The notes below the pieces were generated by a model. That model was not told the origin of the DNA, did not search any database, and worked only from the letters and a program-made list of their open reading frames with translations. Of a stretch of 64,000 bases of DNA, positions 14,001 to 26,800 are shown one piece after another (position 1 is the first letter of the stretch; each line of letters begins with the position of its first letter). The translations under genes were made by a program, and so were the position numbers. This DNA comes from Catajapyx aquilonaris (Eukaryota). The stretch covers positions 1 through 64,000 of the forward strand of contig KZ538141.1 of the NCBI GenBank assembly GCA_000934665.2. The letters are read 5' to 3'.

Positions 14001-14842
14001 CTTTATCTGCAGGACTGGTGCAGATTTGGTGTGTTAATCCTAATGGGGAGACTACTAAAGCGGGATTTTCCTGTGCACTTAGGAAGCATATCGTGATGAC
14101 TATGGTTGTGAACGGCTGTATCGCTGATTAGCTTCCGAGTGCTGCTGGGGTCCTCCAAGTGGAATTTTTGCCATGTCCGATGCAGCCTGTGCAGATGTGG
14201 TTGAAGGAACTTGGTATATGCAAAAAAAACTGAATATTTTTGCGCATTGCTGCGGGATATGGAAACAGTATTATTGGAATAACGTTACTTCTGGCTGCCA
14301 CGAGTGCTTCAGTGCATAATATTCGGGATAACATCCGTTTAATAAGCGGATATTTCACAACGGTATATATCATGCTTTGAAAATCGTGCAAGTGCACTGT
14401 CAGAATTTCTGTTATATTTTGTGAAGAATCGTACCGAAAGTGTAGAAGTACAAACGTAGTGCAGATGTCAACATCGCTTAATTTTTTTGTCACCATGTTG
14501 ACATTTAATCGTCGGAAAGAAAGTTAGCTCAAACAAAACAGTTCCTGCCTTAGAATCACGTGCATTATTCACATAGAGCTTGGAAACTTCCATTCAATTT
14601 GGAAGCATCCGCAGAGATGTTGCGGCCAGACCTTACAGTAAACCCACCTCCTTGTCCTCCAAGGAAGTATCCAAGAGCGATTATTATTTTAAGTTTATAA
14701 TTAGGTAATGTCACATTTAGTATATACTGTTAGTATAAGGGCCTGCATTTAGTGCAGCACAGTGTAATCCACTAAAAGCTCCAGGCTCTCCGCATTAATA
14801 TTTCATCTCGATTTCGTTATTTCACCTGCCCATGCTGCTCAC

Positions 14843-14894
14843 CTGGAACCATATAACGTGTGTGCCGGGTTATGACTCGGGGGCACTTGGAAGG
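14843..14894 (-). CDS. KChIP: Candidate KChIP N-terminal linker exon (52 nt, phase 0 to 1)
   Basis: Strong acceptor ctcttttcttgtgtctattcatag| and donor CCA G|gtgagc; encodes PSKCPRVITRHTRYMVP. It bridges the phase-0 donor at 34576 to the phase-1 acceptor at 6065. Confidence 0.6.
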
Positions 14895-15150
14895 CTATGA
14901 ATAGACACAAGAAAAGAGCTACAGTGCTTCGGGAGCCCCGTAATATAAACTTTGGTATAGCCCGGAACCTCCCCAGTCATGCATTAGGGCCTATTAAGTC
15001 GGATCGTGACCCCAGCCCCTCGGTGGGCTACCCCCATTTAAAAAAAAGACACACAAGTTCACATTACTTGTGTATATGCTTTTCCAGCGAATTCCGGGTT
15101 GCAATCTGCCATATTATCCGGTCGGTTTTTAATGCGCTTCATATACTCAC

Positions 15151-15274
15151 CCCATTTCTTGAGAATGACCTTGGTTTTCCCAAGTTTTTCCTTCCCTATT
15201 CTGTATTTCAGTCTGACTTCAGCAATGAACTTTACCACGAAATTGCGAAACCGATCGCGACACTTGTTGGCCAT
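15151..15274 (-). CDS. KChIP: Candidate KChIP alternative first coding exon (41 codons + 1 nt)
   Basis: gcgATGG start; MANKCRDRFRNFVVKFIAEVRLKYRIGKEKLGKTKVILKKW; consensus donor TGG G|gtgagt in phase 1, in frame with the 6065 exon. Confidence 0.5.
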
Positions 15275-18200
15275 CGCGGGCTATCACGATACGATTCGTG
15301 CGATGCCCAACCCCATCGTTTTTTTTCCGGCTGGGAACACAATCACACACGTGAAAAGCTGTAAAGGATTCCTGGTCACGAACAAGCGCGATTTGTGCGG
15401 GAATTAATCCTTTTTGGCGAATCCCGATTGTCCCGTTCGAGTGTCTCTAATGCCCGGTACTTCAGGGAGGCTACAGATGTGTCCACACATACACAAGTTG
15501 GTGGGACACACGCACACATGCTCTCCAGCCCCCCAAGACACTAATGGGATTGAGTCGGGCTTGGCCCCCCCCTTCGAGTTAGACCAATCGAAGATATCTG
15601 ATTAGACCCTGGTTGGCCGGCTTTCCTGGAAATTACGTGACGAGCTTCGGGACGTGTTGCTTGCTCATATATGGATTATTTTTCTTTCCCCCCCCCCCCC
15701 CCCNCTTTTTTTTCGCTTCCAAAGACGGAAGTGCGACCTCTCGTAAGGTGACTGAACAGGTGGAAGTGACACGCAGGTACGCGCCCTGGAGATTTTCAGA
15801 AAGCGGTTTATATTTGGAAGCACTGCATTTTCCGGCTGGCTAATGATTTCGCGAGAAGTTACTCCCAACCATAATTGTTGCCCACTCACGTACAGTTTGC
15901 ACATGTTTCTAGGAAGTATAGCGACTACTTTGTTTGGTGTTGCTGATAGTTTACCACAAGATGATACGTTCACGCATTACGAGCTTATAAAATATTGAAT
16001 GGAGGGGTGAGAAGTTGCAATTGTTTGCCGAATGTGCTTGATGAATAATTGGGCATATGACGGTCATCCACGCCTTCTGCTGCTCTTCACTTATAAAGTA
16101 TGGAAATGCGGCGTGCAGTTTGCGCAACAGAGGTCCGTATAGAGACCAAAGCTATACTGCTGTGTAAACACCGGGTGGCGTCGCACAAGGCCCGCCGAAT
16201 CGACCCCTTGCTTTGTTATGAAAAGTCCGGAGGGCAATTCCCGCCGATATTGTAGCTCAAATTGGCCCCATTCTGGAATTGGGCTGGGGTTGGTCCCACG
16301 TCTACAGTGGTCACAAAGTACTCTGTTCAAAGACATTACAGTCCAAGATGTAAAGCTCCGGCCGTAAAGAATAAAAAAAGCGGGGTCGCACTGTTCCAAC
16401 GACACGCCCAGCGCTGTACAAATATACACCAAATGCCAGTATAGTTTAACGTCCCAGTTAATAGCATTTTGGCTGTCACATGATATGACTCATTTCTGTA
16501 AACACACGCGGATACATGTGCAAACATATTCCTTTTAAATGTTGATGACAGTTGCCTCTTAGGTAAATCAGGTTCAGCAGTGCTCATAAATTCGCCCTCG
16601 GTGACTGTACTGGGTGTCACACACAAAAAAAATCGTATCGTGACGTACGACAGGCTTAAACCCGGTTGCATCAACACTGATTAATCCAATGAATTATATA
16701 TCTAATTTACAGCATAATGTGAAGTTTTCTCGTGGATTTGCATTCATACAACCGGTCCTTAGTGGCAGCCATGTTGTCCGCAGCATACGGAACCTTTTGG
16801 TCTCTGGGTAAAACCTCGAGGCCAAGTCCGAACCACCTGCTCCACATTCATAATGGGTGTATTCTATATGCAGTGTGTAAGTTATGTCTGCGGCAGGGTT
16901 TTATATGGTTTTGCGGCAAAGTCTGCAGCGTCGGATGGAAGGGACATCTTGATAAGCCTGGTGAACGCGTCCAGAGTCATGCTGCCGAGGACTTCTGAGG
17001 CTCTTCTGATAAAGGCTTTGATGGCTCTTCTGGATTTTGGCCCCTCCATGTTATATACTGGACCCACTTTTTCGCAGACGGAATTTTCAGCATCCTTTTT
17101 TTTTCCGTTTTTCAAAAATCATTGGGGAAATCACGGAGCCGCGGCATGCTTTATGGCCACTTGTGTCTGCACTCTTGCGGAATGCTATTGTTTCAAAGTG
17201 CATTGCATGGAGTAAGACCGACCAAAATCGTGCAAACTCATTGAAAGTACAGATTGCTTGTGATTACACGTAATTTTGTAATGTGGCTCAGATTGTTGCA
17301 TACTGGCCAAATTGAGTTCGAGCAAATAAAACGGAATTGTGAGCCTGTTGCGTAACTTTTACGAACCACCCTGTCTGATGATAAGAGACGAGTATTCTTT
17401 GGGTCTGATGGATCTGAAGATGATGCAGCCGCGAGGTCAAGTATATAGTTTTGTGCGCGGCAGAATTGGAGTGCTCCCATCTTCACAACTGCTTTTTTTC
17501 TGACGAGTTCTCAGCACCTCCTTTCCCGCCAAACCACTCAATGAGGCTGGGGAGACTAAAGAGGATGGAATAGGACCAAAAAAAAAGAGAAAATGACAAT
17601 AAAAAGGGAGAGTATAAAGAGAGGAAAAAGGAAGGAGCATCCTATGCCAAGAAAGGGTTTCATCATTGTCTGTAAGATTTGGTGGGACGTTCGGCATTCT
17701 GAAAAAACCACTCCCAATTCATTTCGGAACTGGGTTTTATCTGGCTGCGTCAGCCCGATTCCATAAGGCCGGATTTAAGCGCAAGTTAGGAGCGGAATTT
17801 GGACTGGGAGGAGAGAGAGCAGATGAATAGGAAACAGGGGGATCGTGCTGCGGGTTTTCTGAGGAATAGGGGAATCCTAGTGCACAGGTAGCCCCCCCAC
17901 CCTATTGGCCCATGGCCACGCTCTACATTTCCATCCCTCCCATTCAAATGCCTCTCTCCATTGTGTACCGGGGAAATCAGAATCGATATGCACCGCTAGT
18001 TGTGGTGCTTGATGAAGATATAAAGCTCCTTGTGTTGTAAGAGCGCTCAGTCGCATGCCTTGGCGAGGACTTCCATGCAGTCACTTTTGGCTCAAAGGAA
18101 TTTAAACTCCGAAGGGGGAGCCTTTTAAAAAATATTCTATTATTGAAGAGCAGAGGCTGCCCTCTCCTTTTGCTCTGCTGTCACACGCCGTTGCCGCAGA

Positions 18201-21200
18201 TTTTGACCAACCTGCACCGAATCTGATGAAGTGCTGGTTAGTGGTCTGCTAAATAAAGGAAACTGAGAGGTACATGCATGGGGTAGTTATTTTTAATGGA
18301 AATTTGAATTCATCAAAGGTATACGGACATGGAATTTCAGCACTACATATTTAAAAATTGATAATTAATGGACACGAGTAATTAACATGCAAAATGTGCT
18401 GAATAAATGACAAGATTATATGCAGTTTTAGTCTGTGAATAATTTGTCAGGAGTGCTGCAACAAGAAAATCGTTGCTGAAAAGCGTCTGATATTGTAATT
18501 TTCAACACCAATTAAATAAAATTCCTGCATTATTAAGGACTCGGTTTGTTCAATGTCACCAATCGAAATGAACGTGTGATTAATATAAATGAATAACATA
18601 ACTTTGCATGAGCTAGATATGTCATCATTATTTATAAATTGAATGTTTCATGACAGGATGTGGTGAAGTGATTGAATAACCCAATAGAACAAGAGCTCAA
18701 GTCCAGTAATGATATTAAAATTTGAGTACTGATGTCATTGAGCGTGAATGGGCCATTCCCGCAGCACTATAAGTCGTTAATATATGAGCACGTACATTTC
18801 AATCCCATATTTATTTCCTCCCACATTGTTTCTAATCTATTGGGCCATTCAGATAATCACATTACCAGCAGCATACATTCAAGTTTCTCTGCGCAGTACT
18901 TACAGGGCATAATTAGTAAACACTGGGCAATTAGTCGTCGTAAGCAAGCCCGGAATGAATACGTCTTATCACTTATCAGATGTGACATAATTTTGGCCCC
19001 CGATTAAAACGGGGGCGCCATAAATTGCGGACCCTCAAATTGCTGCTAATAACCATAACTTTTCTGTGTGACATTTGCGATGCGATTATGAACTTGCTAA
19101 TCACTTATAAGTGGTTAGTACGACGACGATGATATGTTTGATCGATTTTACTGGATCATCTAAAACGGGGTGGAGGCTGGTTTGTCGCAACCGAATCCTC
19201 TGAGCTGCTGCCTTCATCTTTGATGTGTCCCATTTAATGAGCGCCTCGGATCAAAGGATTGCGGCTGAATGTGAGATGACTAAGACAAATGTAGATAGTA
19301 GGCGTACGTCGGCGGGCGTGCTATACCTGCATCGTGTTTATATTCGAGCCAGCTCGGCGCTGTATTGATAGCCGGGACAAAAGGGGTGACAGGCAGGACG
19401 GATTACGGGTCCCATTATCCCGGACGCTGACGGCGGTTCCCCCCCCGGTTTTTATTTTTATCGCTCATCCGGATCCCTAAACGACCATCGATCCCCGATC
19501 GAGTCGTTGCGCTAATTGCCGCAATTGTAGCCGCGTACCCACCGAGGAAGCTGCTTATGTGGAAGAGCCTGTTGGGTAAAAACAACACTCCTGACCCCGA
19601 CCTTCAAAGGTCGCGACAATAAAAAATGGGACTGGCATTTTGTCGTCATAGCAATGAGAACATTGTGTACAACAGTTGTTTGCAGACTCTTGTTCAAGGC
19701 TGTGGCTGATGAACAAAAGAGCAAAAGGTAAATTCCGCAATCAAACTTGTTTTTTTGATGTCCACTCTGCACGTGCGGTTTGCGAATAAAAACACACACG
19801 TAGTACACACACAGGATGGCAATCAACATGCCAATTACATATCGCAGTTGAGGTTTTGTAGGGCGGGGGGGGGGGGGNGGGAAATTACACGTGCAGAGAT
19901 TGTCATATCAGTACAGGTGACGCAGAGACACAAAGGTTTTATTGTGTGTAAACAAAGTTATCCATATGTAGCTCAATGGGGCGTCAGGTTGTGTCATTTC
20001 GACCCTGCGCCTTTTTTTTTATTTCTGCCCACTTTTTTGTGTGTGTCATTGGTGTTGTTCCAATTCCTGTGCGGGTTCCTTTAAAAGCCGCGGGCTTTTA
20101 AGAAAAAGAGATATGAAACATGACCTGTCGAGCTGGGAGATGCGCACTTTGACATATCCCTAAAGTGACTTGGTGGCAGCCCCACCACGCATTAGTCTTC
20201 GGCGAGCTTCTTCCTCAGTCGCTTGCAGGATTAAAACAAACGGAATAAAAAACGAAGACCCTCTCTCGGGAGGACCCACCAAAAAAAAGTGGTGCACATT
20301 TACTCTCGCGTGCTTTTGGGGTGGTGATGCTGGTTAACTGGCTTCCTGCAATTGAAATCCTGAGTCGTAAAGCGGCAGTGGGAGGTTGGCGTCGCTAGAA
20401 ATTAGCTTAACTCGGCACCGTGTGCAGCAGATGACGCTGCCAAATCAGCCTCTGTATATTATGAAAGGAGGGGGCTACAGGCGATGAGCCAAACTTTGGA
20501 GGCGGGTGTGTAAGAAACTGCTATTCCCCCCCCCCCCTCCCACCACTCTCTCGACACTTTGCAACTATTGCACTATTGCGAACTCCCGGTAGTCATTTGC
20601 GGAATAGGCGCAGTCTTCATTAAATTCAAATTCCGGGGCAGGAATTTCGGCTGGGATTGGAGCCGTAACTCGGGATGCGCTCGTCGTTTACAAATGGTGC
20701 TGCACACATCAGCCATTATATACACACAACCTTTGGCCGCTGATTATTTACCGAGCGAGTTGAGTCTTATTTGGACTTCCCATCGACTATAATAGAATCG
20801 AGGCCGGGCCAGAAAATGACAGGCGCGTAAAGTTTATTTCTTTTTTCAAGCCCTCGTCCGTTTATCGGGGGATTGCACTGCCAAGAGGTGCGCCATGAAA
20901 ACGTCGGGTGTAACTTATCACATGTTGCAGCCACAGTGTGTTTCATAACTGGACTGTTGGCAACAAAAAAAAACTGCTGCGACGAAAAAAAAAGAAGGGG
21001 GATTAGGACTTTTACAGGCTTAATGTTTTGTCCAAAATGTAGCGTCGCTTGGAAACTTAGGTGCACTAGCGGGTGGGTATATCCGGGCCGCATGCATCAC
21101 CCCCTCGAGATTCCATAAACACCGGGGCGCCTCCGGGGCCAGCCCGTCCGCATAATGCCTAATAAGGTAGGGTCTTTTGCCCCCGCCGCAGGGATTTCAA

Positions 21201-23819
21201 CTCATTTCCACATTGTGCGCTCTGCCCGGGCACGCATTTCACCTCTTCTTGTACTGCTAACTCTGTGTCTGCCTGTCAAAACCAGTTTGCACCGCCAGAG
21301 GAAAATCACTCAGACAAAAAGGGGTCTGCTACTAGGATTGTGCCTGTCATCATTAGCGACAAAAAAATGTTGCTAATTAATGGTCAACGTTGACTTCATT
21401 TTCTGGACAACTAAAGGACGACAAATGTGTCCAAAAATTGGAAGCGAAGATCCCTGGTCCGATTTATTGACGCGTCATGCAGCGTTGTTCCGGATCGGAG
21501 TCAGCAGGTCTGATATGTAGGAGCCCTCTCCAATCCGGGCTTTATCCGGAGCAGCGAGAGAGAAATAGAGACATGAAAAAGGAAAGAAAGAAAAAAATGG
21601 ATGCAGGCTCGGATGGTGTTGGAGCCTCAAAAGCTAAAGCCCCTGGATGGATCTGCACCTGTCTTGTTAGCTCTCTTTTCGGAGGCTTCCAAACTCATAT
21701 ATCGAGTTCCGGAGTTTTGCAACCTGCCCCTATACCTCCTATCGAGTCATCCATTTTCGCTCAGTGTCACCTGCGAAATGCCCGTTTTCTTTCTCTCTCT
21801 TTTTTGGCGAAATGCGGTGCCTGCAGTTTTTGCAAGTTGAATGGGCGACACATTTCGCCAGCATCTCGTTTGTCTTCGGCTCACGTTTTACTCGCAGCCT
21901 GCTCAAATGTGGAAGTAGTTGGCACTTCAACTGCGGTCATAAAAGGAACACGTCTTAACCATTTTGTCCATTTTTCCGTCCGAGTGTCTCCATCGCATTC
22001 TTGGGTGCTGGACCCGCTCTTTCACTCTTACTAAGCCTATATAGAGAGGGTTGAAACCACAGATTGGAAACGGCAAGCCTGTTGAACCATGACCTGATTC
22101 AGATTGCGCCAACAATTTCCTTTCATTTGTCATGTTAGTTAGTAGTAATTTCTAGCCGAGTCGCTGCTTAATAAGAAGCAGTTTAGTGACGAAAGTTTGG
22201 TAGCGTAATAAATCAGGTGGGTCTCTCTGCATTGCATGGCGACAAGGGACGGGCTTGGAAAGCCTTTGCCGTGCATCAAAGTTGTCTTTGGTTGTAATGA
22301 ATTCTAGGCGGGCCTTAGTACTTTGGGTCAGTGTATACTGAAGGCGTGCTGGAATTTCTGAGCAGCCTCGTCCCCTCACAACAACCGCTTCCTTCCTCCA
22401 ACCTCCAACCAGCAAAAAAATCACCGAGGCCGGTATTAGTTTATTGGCTGTCAAGTGCACCAAACTTTGCTCATAATGAATGTCCCTGATATTTCCATGT
22501 ACAAGATAGCAATAATGAAGCCCTCCTCTGAAATCGATATAGGGGCAGATCCGGGCTGCTGTTTTTTGTTTCTCTATCGCAATGGCACTTAAAAATGGTG
22601 GCTTCAAGAATGGATAATCTTGGGCTTGGAGAAGAAGACAGAAGAAGAAGCGTCGTCGTCGAGTCGCCTTAGTTTGCCCGTTTTAGATCGATGCGGCTTT
22701 GCATCTGATCGCAGCCTGTTTACGAATGGCTCTCGTAGCTCCGGATCATCTAGTGGTGCTTTCAATTTGAAGAGTAGCAGCCATGCTTACAAAGAGCCAA
22801 GGGAGCAACCCTGATAGTTCGGAAAAGGACTCGCTGCTTGCTTGGGTTCCACTCTTCTGATCGGCTTTAAAAGGGGAATGCTACGACTGCATCAACGGAT
22901 TTGAACGACAGGAATCCGACTTGGTACTTGCTGTTCAACTATACTGCTCTTCACCGTCATGAGAGTTCCGACAACGCTTCTTCATCTGGCTCTAGTTAAT
23001 GCCTCGGGTTATCCAGCTGGATTCAAGTTATCCTGACTGCTGCGCAACCCAAGGGCTTCTATTATCAGACAGGTTGCCTACTGTGCAGGCGTAAGGAAAC
23101 ACAACTGCTCGAATTTTGCCGAAGCTTCGCAGAGAAGCCAGCTGCTATTATTGTAAATAAGTGGCTGAAATCATTAATCTGCACATATCCGACTTTTATT
23201 TCTAATTTATGGTGATTTCCTTTTCTTGAAGTAGACAGCGTGTAATTCATCCTTGTAAGCAAGCTGTTCTTAAAATTTGTGCCGTAATTTTCTTCTTTGG
23301 AAGCGGGATGTTTTTACGAGTTTTGCATGCTAATACGAAAGTATCACTGAACTTCCTCTCTCCATAGACGAGCGGAAAGGGGATTCTTCTCGAAAGCCGT
23401 GCCAGAGCCTCCCACAAGAACGAAATAGTATCTGATGCAGATTTATCGCCTTCCCATGCATTTTATCCCTTCTAGTCTTGGCGAGATTCCTTCCCGCTGA
23501 CATGGGTTTGAAAACCGCGATAATGGAAGCGGCCCCCCAGCCCGAGAGGGTATCGAGTTGATAGCATGTTGACACCACACTATTTCAAGTCACGCAAATT
23601 GTTCTTCCTGCGGATATTAGGACACCTATTTTTTTTTAAAAAAAGTGGGGAGATCAAGCAGTGCCCAATCTCCACAGAATCGAAATATAACGTGCCAGCA
23701 CGTGGCCTTGACAATGTCACCAAGTAGAGACGATTTGCACTTTCGTGAGTCGATTTGGCATGGTTCCCGAGAGAGAGACGCCAAATAGTTACTCCATGTG
23801 CGACTTAATTTTTTATTAC

Positions 23820-23885
23820 CTCACACTCCGACGCTTCGTTGGGGCTGCCAGGTGCACCCGATGTACTTCTTCTTCTGGCAGGAGA
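23820..23885 (-). CDS. Possible symmetric (phase 0-0) 66-nt cassette exon
   Basis: ttatttacaattag|TCT CCT GCC...TGT GAG|gtaata = SPARRRSTSGAPGSPNEASECE. It could sit between the 34576 donor and the 14894 acceptor. Supported by splice signals and phase only. Confidence 0.25.
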
Positions 23886-26800
23886 CTAATTGTAAATAAT
23901 TTCCCCTTCGCCACAGCGGAGGCAAATTTGGGATCCAGATGCGACCCGTAGCTATCGATCTCCCCAGGAGACGACATGCAGCCAAAAGTCGCGATTCTAA
24001 ATCCGGCCAACCAAATACGACATTTCTTTTTGTACGGTATGTGTACTTTTTAGGAAAGCCACAAAGTTTTCCACTTTGCTATTTTTCTTCTGCTCCGGAA
24101 CATCAGTTAATTTGTAGACGTTTTGCTTTTACTCTTCTTTTTTTTTTTTTTTTTTGGTCGTGTTTCGGAGCTAAGCTTTCTAAATCCATTTCGGCACTCT
24201 AAAAAGGCCGTGCTATTTCTTTTCTCAAATCCAGAGTGAAGGGTCTTGGAAGTCAAATGATTATCGGAGTTGAGTTGTCGAGGCAGGGTCACTTTTTTTG
24301 TCGCCCGAGTCGCGATTAACGACGGCCATTAGGGTGGGGATGGCAGAGCCTGGAAAACGTAAATATTCCGACTGCAGGAATATAAGTTGAGAGAAGCTGG
24401 GAAGCGAGGTGGGCTTATCAACATTGCAGGCGGGAAAAAAGCCGAAAATTTCGTTTTTGGTCCTTCTTAAAGAGGTCCCCACTTTTTATGTTCAGTTAGT
24501 GGAGATGACTGGAAGGAAAGAGTTCATTTTAAAAACTAGTTACATTAAAAGGTCTTCCGATGAAATGAGTTTCATCAGACTTTGATGAAGCCAAAAAGGA
24601 AGGATTAGGAAGTGGGTATTTTCGCATCATCCAACAGCTCGAGTGGGATCTGCAGGAAATAATTAAAAGTGTGCCACTATAGAGATAAAAAAATAATAGG
24701 GTATGATCAATTTTTCATAAATGACAACGGCCATTTATGGAGTAATTTTTCTGAGACGTAATTGTAAATGAACAATTGCGGAGGAGCCAAGGCCAGGCTC
24801 ATTATTTTGGCCCAAATTAGTCGATCTGATCTGCCTGAACCCCGCCTTCTCCCCACCTCCTGGTTACGAGACTGGGAAATTAACTTTCGGAGGCAATTCC
24901 CAGAAGTCGGATCCCCTTGATGTCATAATGGGTAACGATGTCATTCATAAACGTCTGCAACGATCAGTTAATAAAATTCTCCCCTTACTTGATGAGCAAT
25001 CATGGCTCATAAGTTACTGCGAAAAAATAAGGTGGCTCCAGATTTATGCCCGGGCCATTATTACAGCCTCTTACAACCAGCTGGATTTTGCAGGGCTTTT
25101 CCAGCTCCGAATTTGTTAAATCTGGAGGATATTTGTCTCTCAATGTGCACAGAGTGCGACTCTTTTTTTTTCACGTTTCGAAGTAAGCCGGTTTTAATTT
25201 GGCCCCAATTAGCAGTTAAAATCGTCCCGGAATGAAATATGAATCCATTCCATGGCGACAGATGGCACTTGGACCTCCATGAAAACTTGGTCCTTTCATT
25301 TTCGGAGGCCCGGATTTCTCCATAAATTTTGAACGCAATGAATGCACATTGTGTTGATTGGAATGTCCGAGAGACGAGGTGGGGAGGGGTGGGGTGGGCA
25401 CAAATTTATGACTCCGTTAAATCGTGTCGCCGATTAAAATCCGGGCTGTGTTAGTTCAAAGCGTTGACTGGTGGAAACGAAATGATTATTAAGCAGTTCT
25501 TGGGTCTGTAGGACCTGCGATGGGACGTGATTCAGGTTCTAAGTGGGCTTCGGATGGAATCTTGATGCGGAGAGGAAAAAAATGTTCCAGTGAAAAACAT
25601 TGCGACTCTGCCAGGTTCAAAAGATTATCCGCTGTACACGATTTTTTGGGGGGGACATCGTTCACACATGGTGGATTCATTTCATAACCTGCTCAATAAT
25701 GTTAAAAAAGAGCAGCTGGTGCACTTGAACTATACCTTACAAGATTGTACATTTAGCTCAAGCCTTATGAAGGAAATCCGTCGAAATAAAATTTTTAAGG
25801 TTAGCCTTTTTATGCGGATACCATCATACAAAAGGGCGACTTGACGGGAAGCATGTGTTATATGAACAGCACCTTTTTTCCAGCTGCAATAAAAATATAG
25901 CAATACAGACCAGTAATGCTGAGCAAAAAAAATATTGGTGCCAGCAAATATATACGTGTATATAGGTATAGAATGAATAATGCATGAATTCTTCTGCCCT
26001 GTAATTCTATGAGCAGGAAGCAAGGAATCTCATATGCCGTATTGGGGATTCCGAAGCGAGTAATGCGAATGGATAGCCGGCGATATAAGAAGCTATCGGG
26101 GGCTTGATAGTCTCCCCCCTTCCTTTTTTTTCTCTCCCCAAAGGGTGTGAGAAAGTACTGGTGAGAAAGTGAGGAGGAAAAAAAGGGTATGCAAGTCTAA
26201 GAGAATGTCCTAGGAGACTTCTGAATCAGACCTTTCGTGCGGAGAAGGGTCCTCCACTTTCACGAGGGTCGTGAAGAAGAAAGGGGGGGGGATGCTTTAA
26301 CCCCCTTCCCAACTGTACTCAGCTTTCTTCCACTTGAAGCACATACTTACGCAAACGCTATTTTTTCCTTCCTTCCTTATCCTTCCCCCGGTCTCCACAC
26401 TCAAATTGGATTAACGAGCTGCTCCAAATGAGCTTAATCCGCCTCCCCTTTTCACTAAAAGGACAGTGTTTAAAAAAAAAAAAAAAAGGCGCTGCATTTG
26501 GTGGGACAAATTAAGTGGCGTCAGCTTTTTAAAGGCTTTGTTGGGCTTGCGGTGTTCGTAATGAGTGGCGTTGCCAAATATTTGGAAGGGTTGTTGTTTT
26601 TCTGCTAAAATAATTATGGGCGGCTAATCAGGGTGAACTGAAGTTGTCATGTTCTCTAATGATGCGAAGATGCTGCAACTATAGAGAAGGGCAGTAACTT
26701 CACAATAACAACAGTCACTCTCAGCACTGTAAATAACAATTAAAACTTGAAAATGGTTTTGTAAGTTTACAACGAACGACACTATAACACCAGACGATGT

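Noticed and set aside
21477..22034. 185-aa plus-strand ORF
   Set aside because: Passes through GA-rich and T-rich simple sequence and has no domain signature.
22600..23000. Segment open on both strands (~60 aa)
   Set aside because: Ser-rich simple sequence with no convincing start, splice context or homology.
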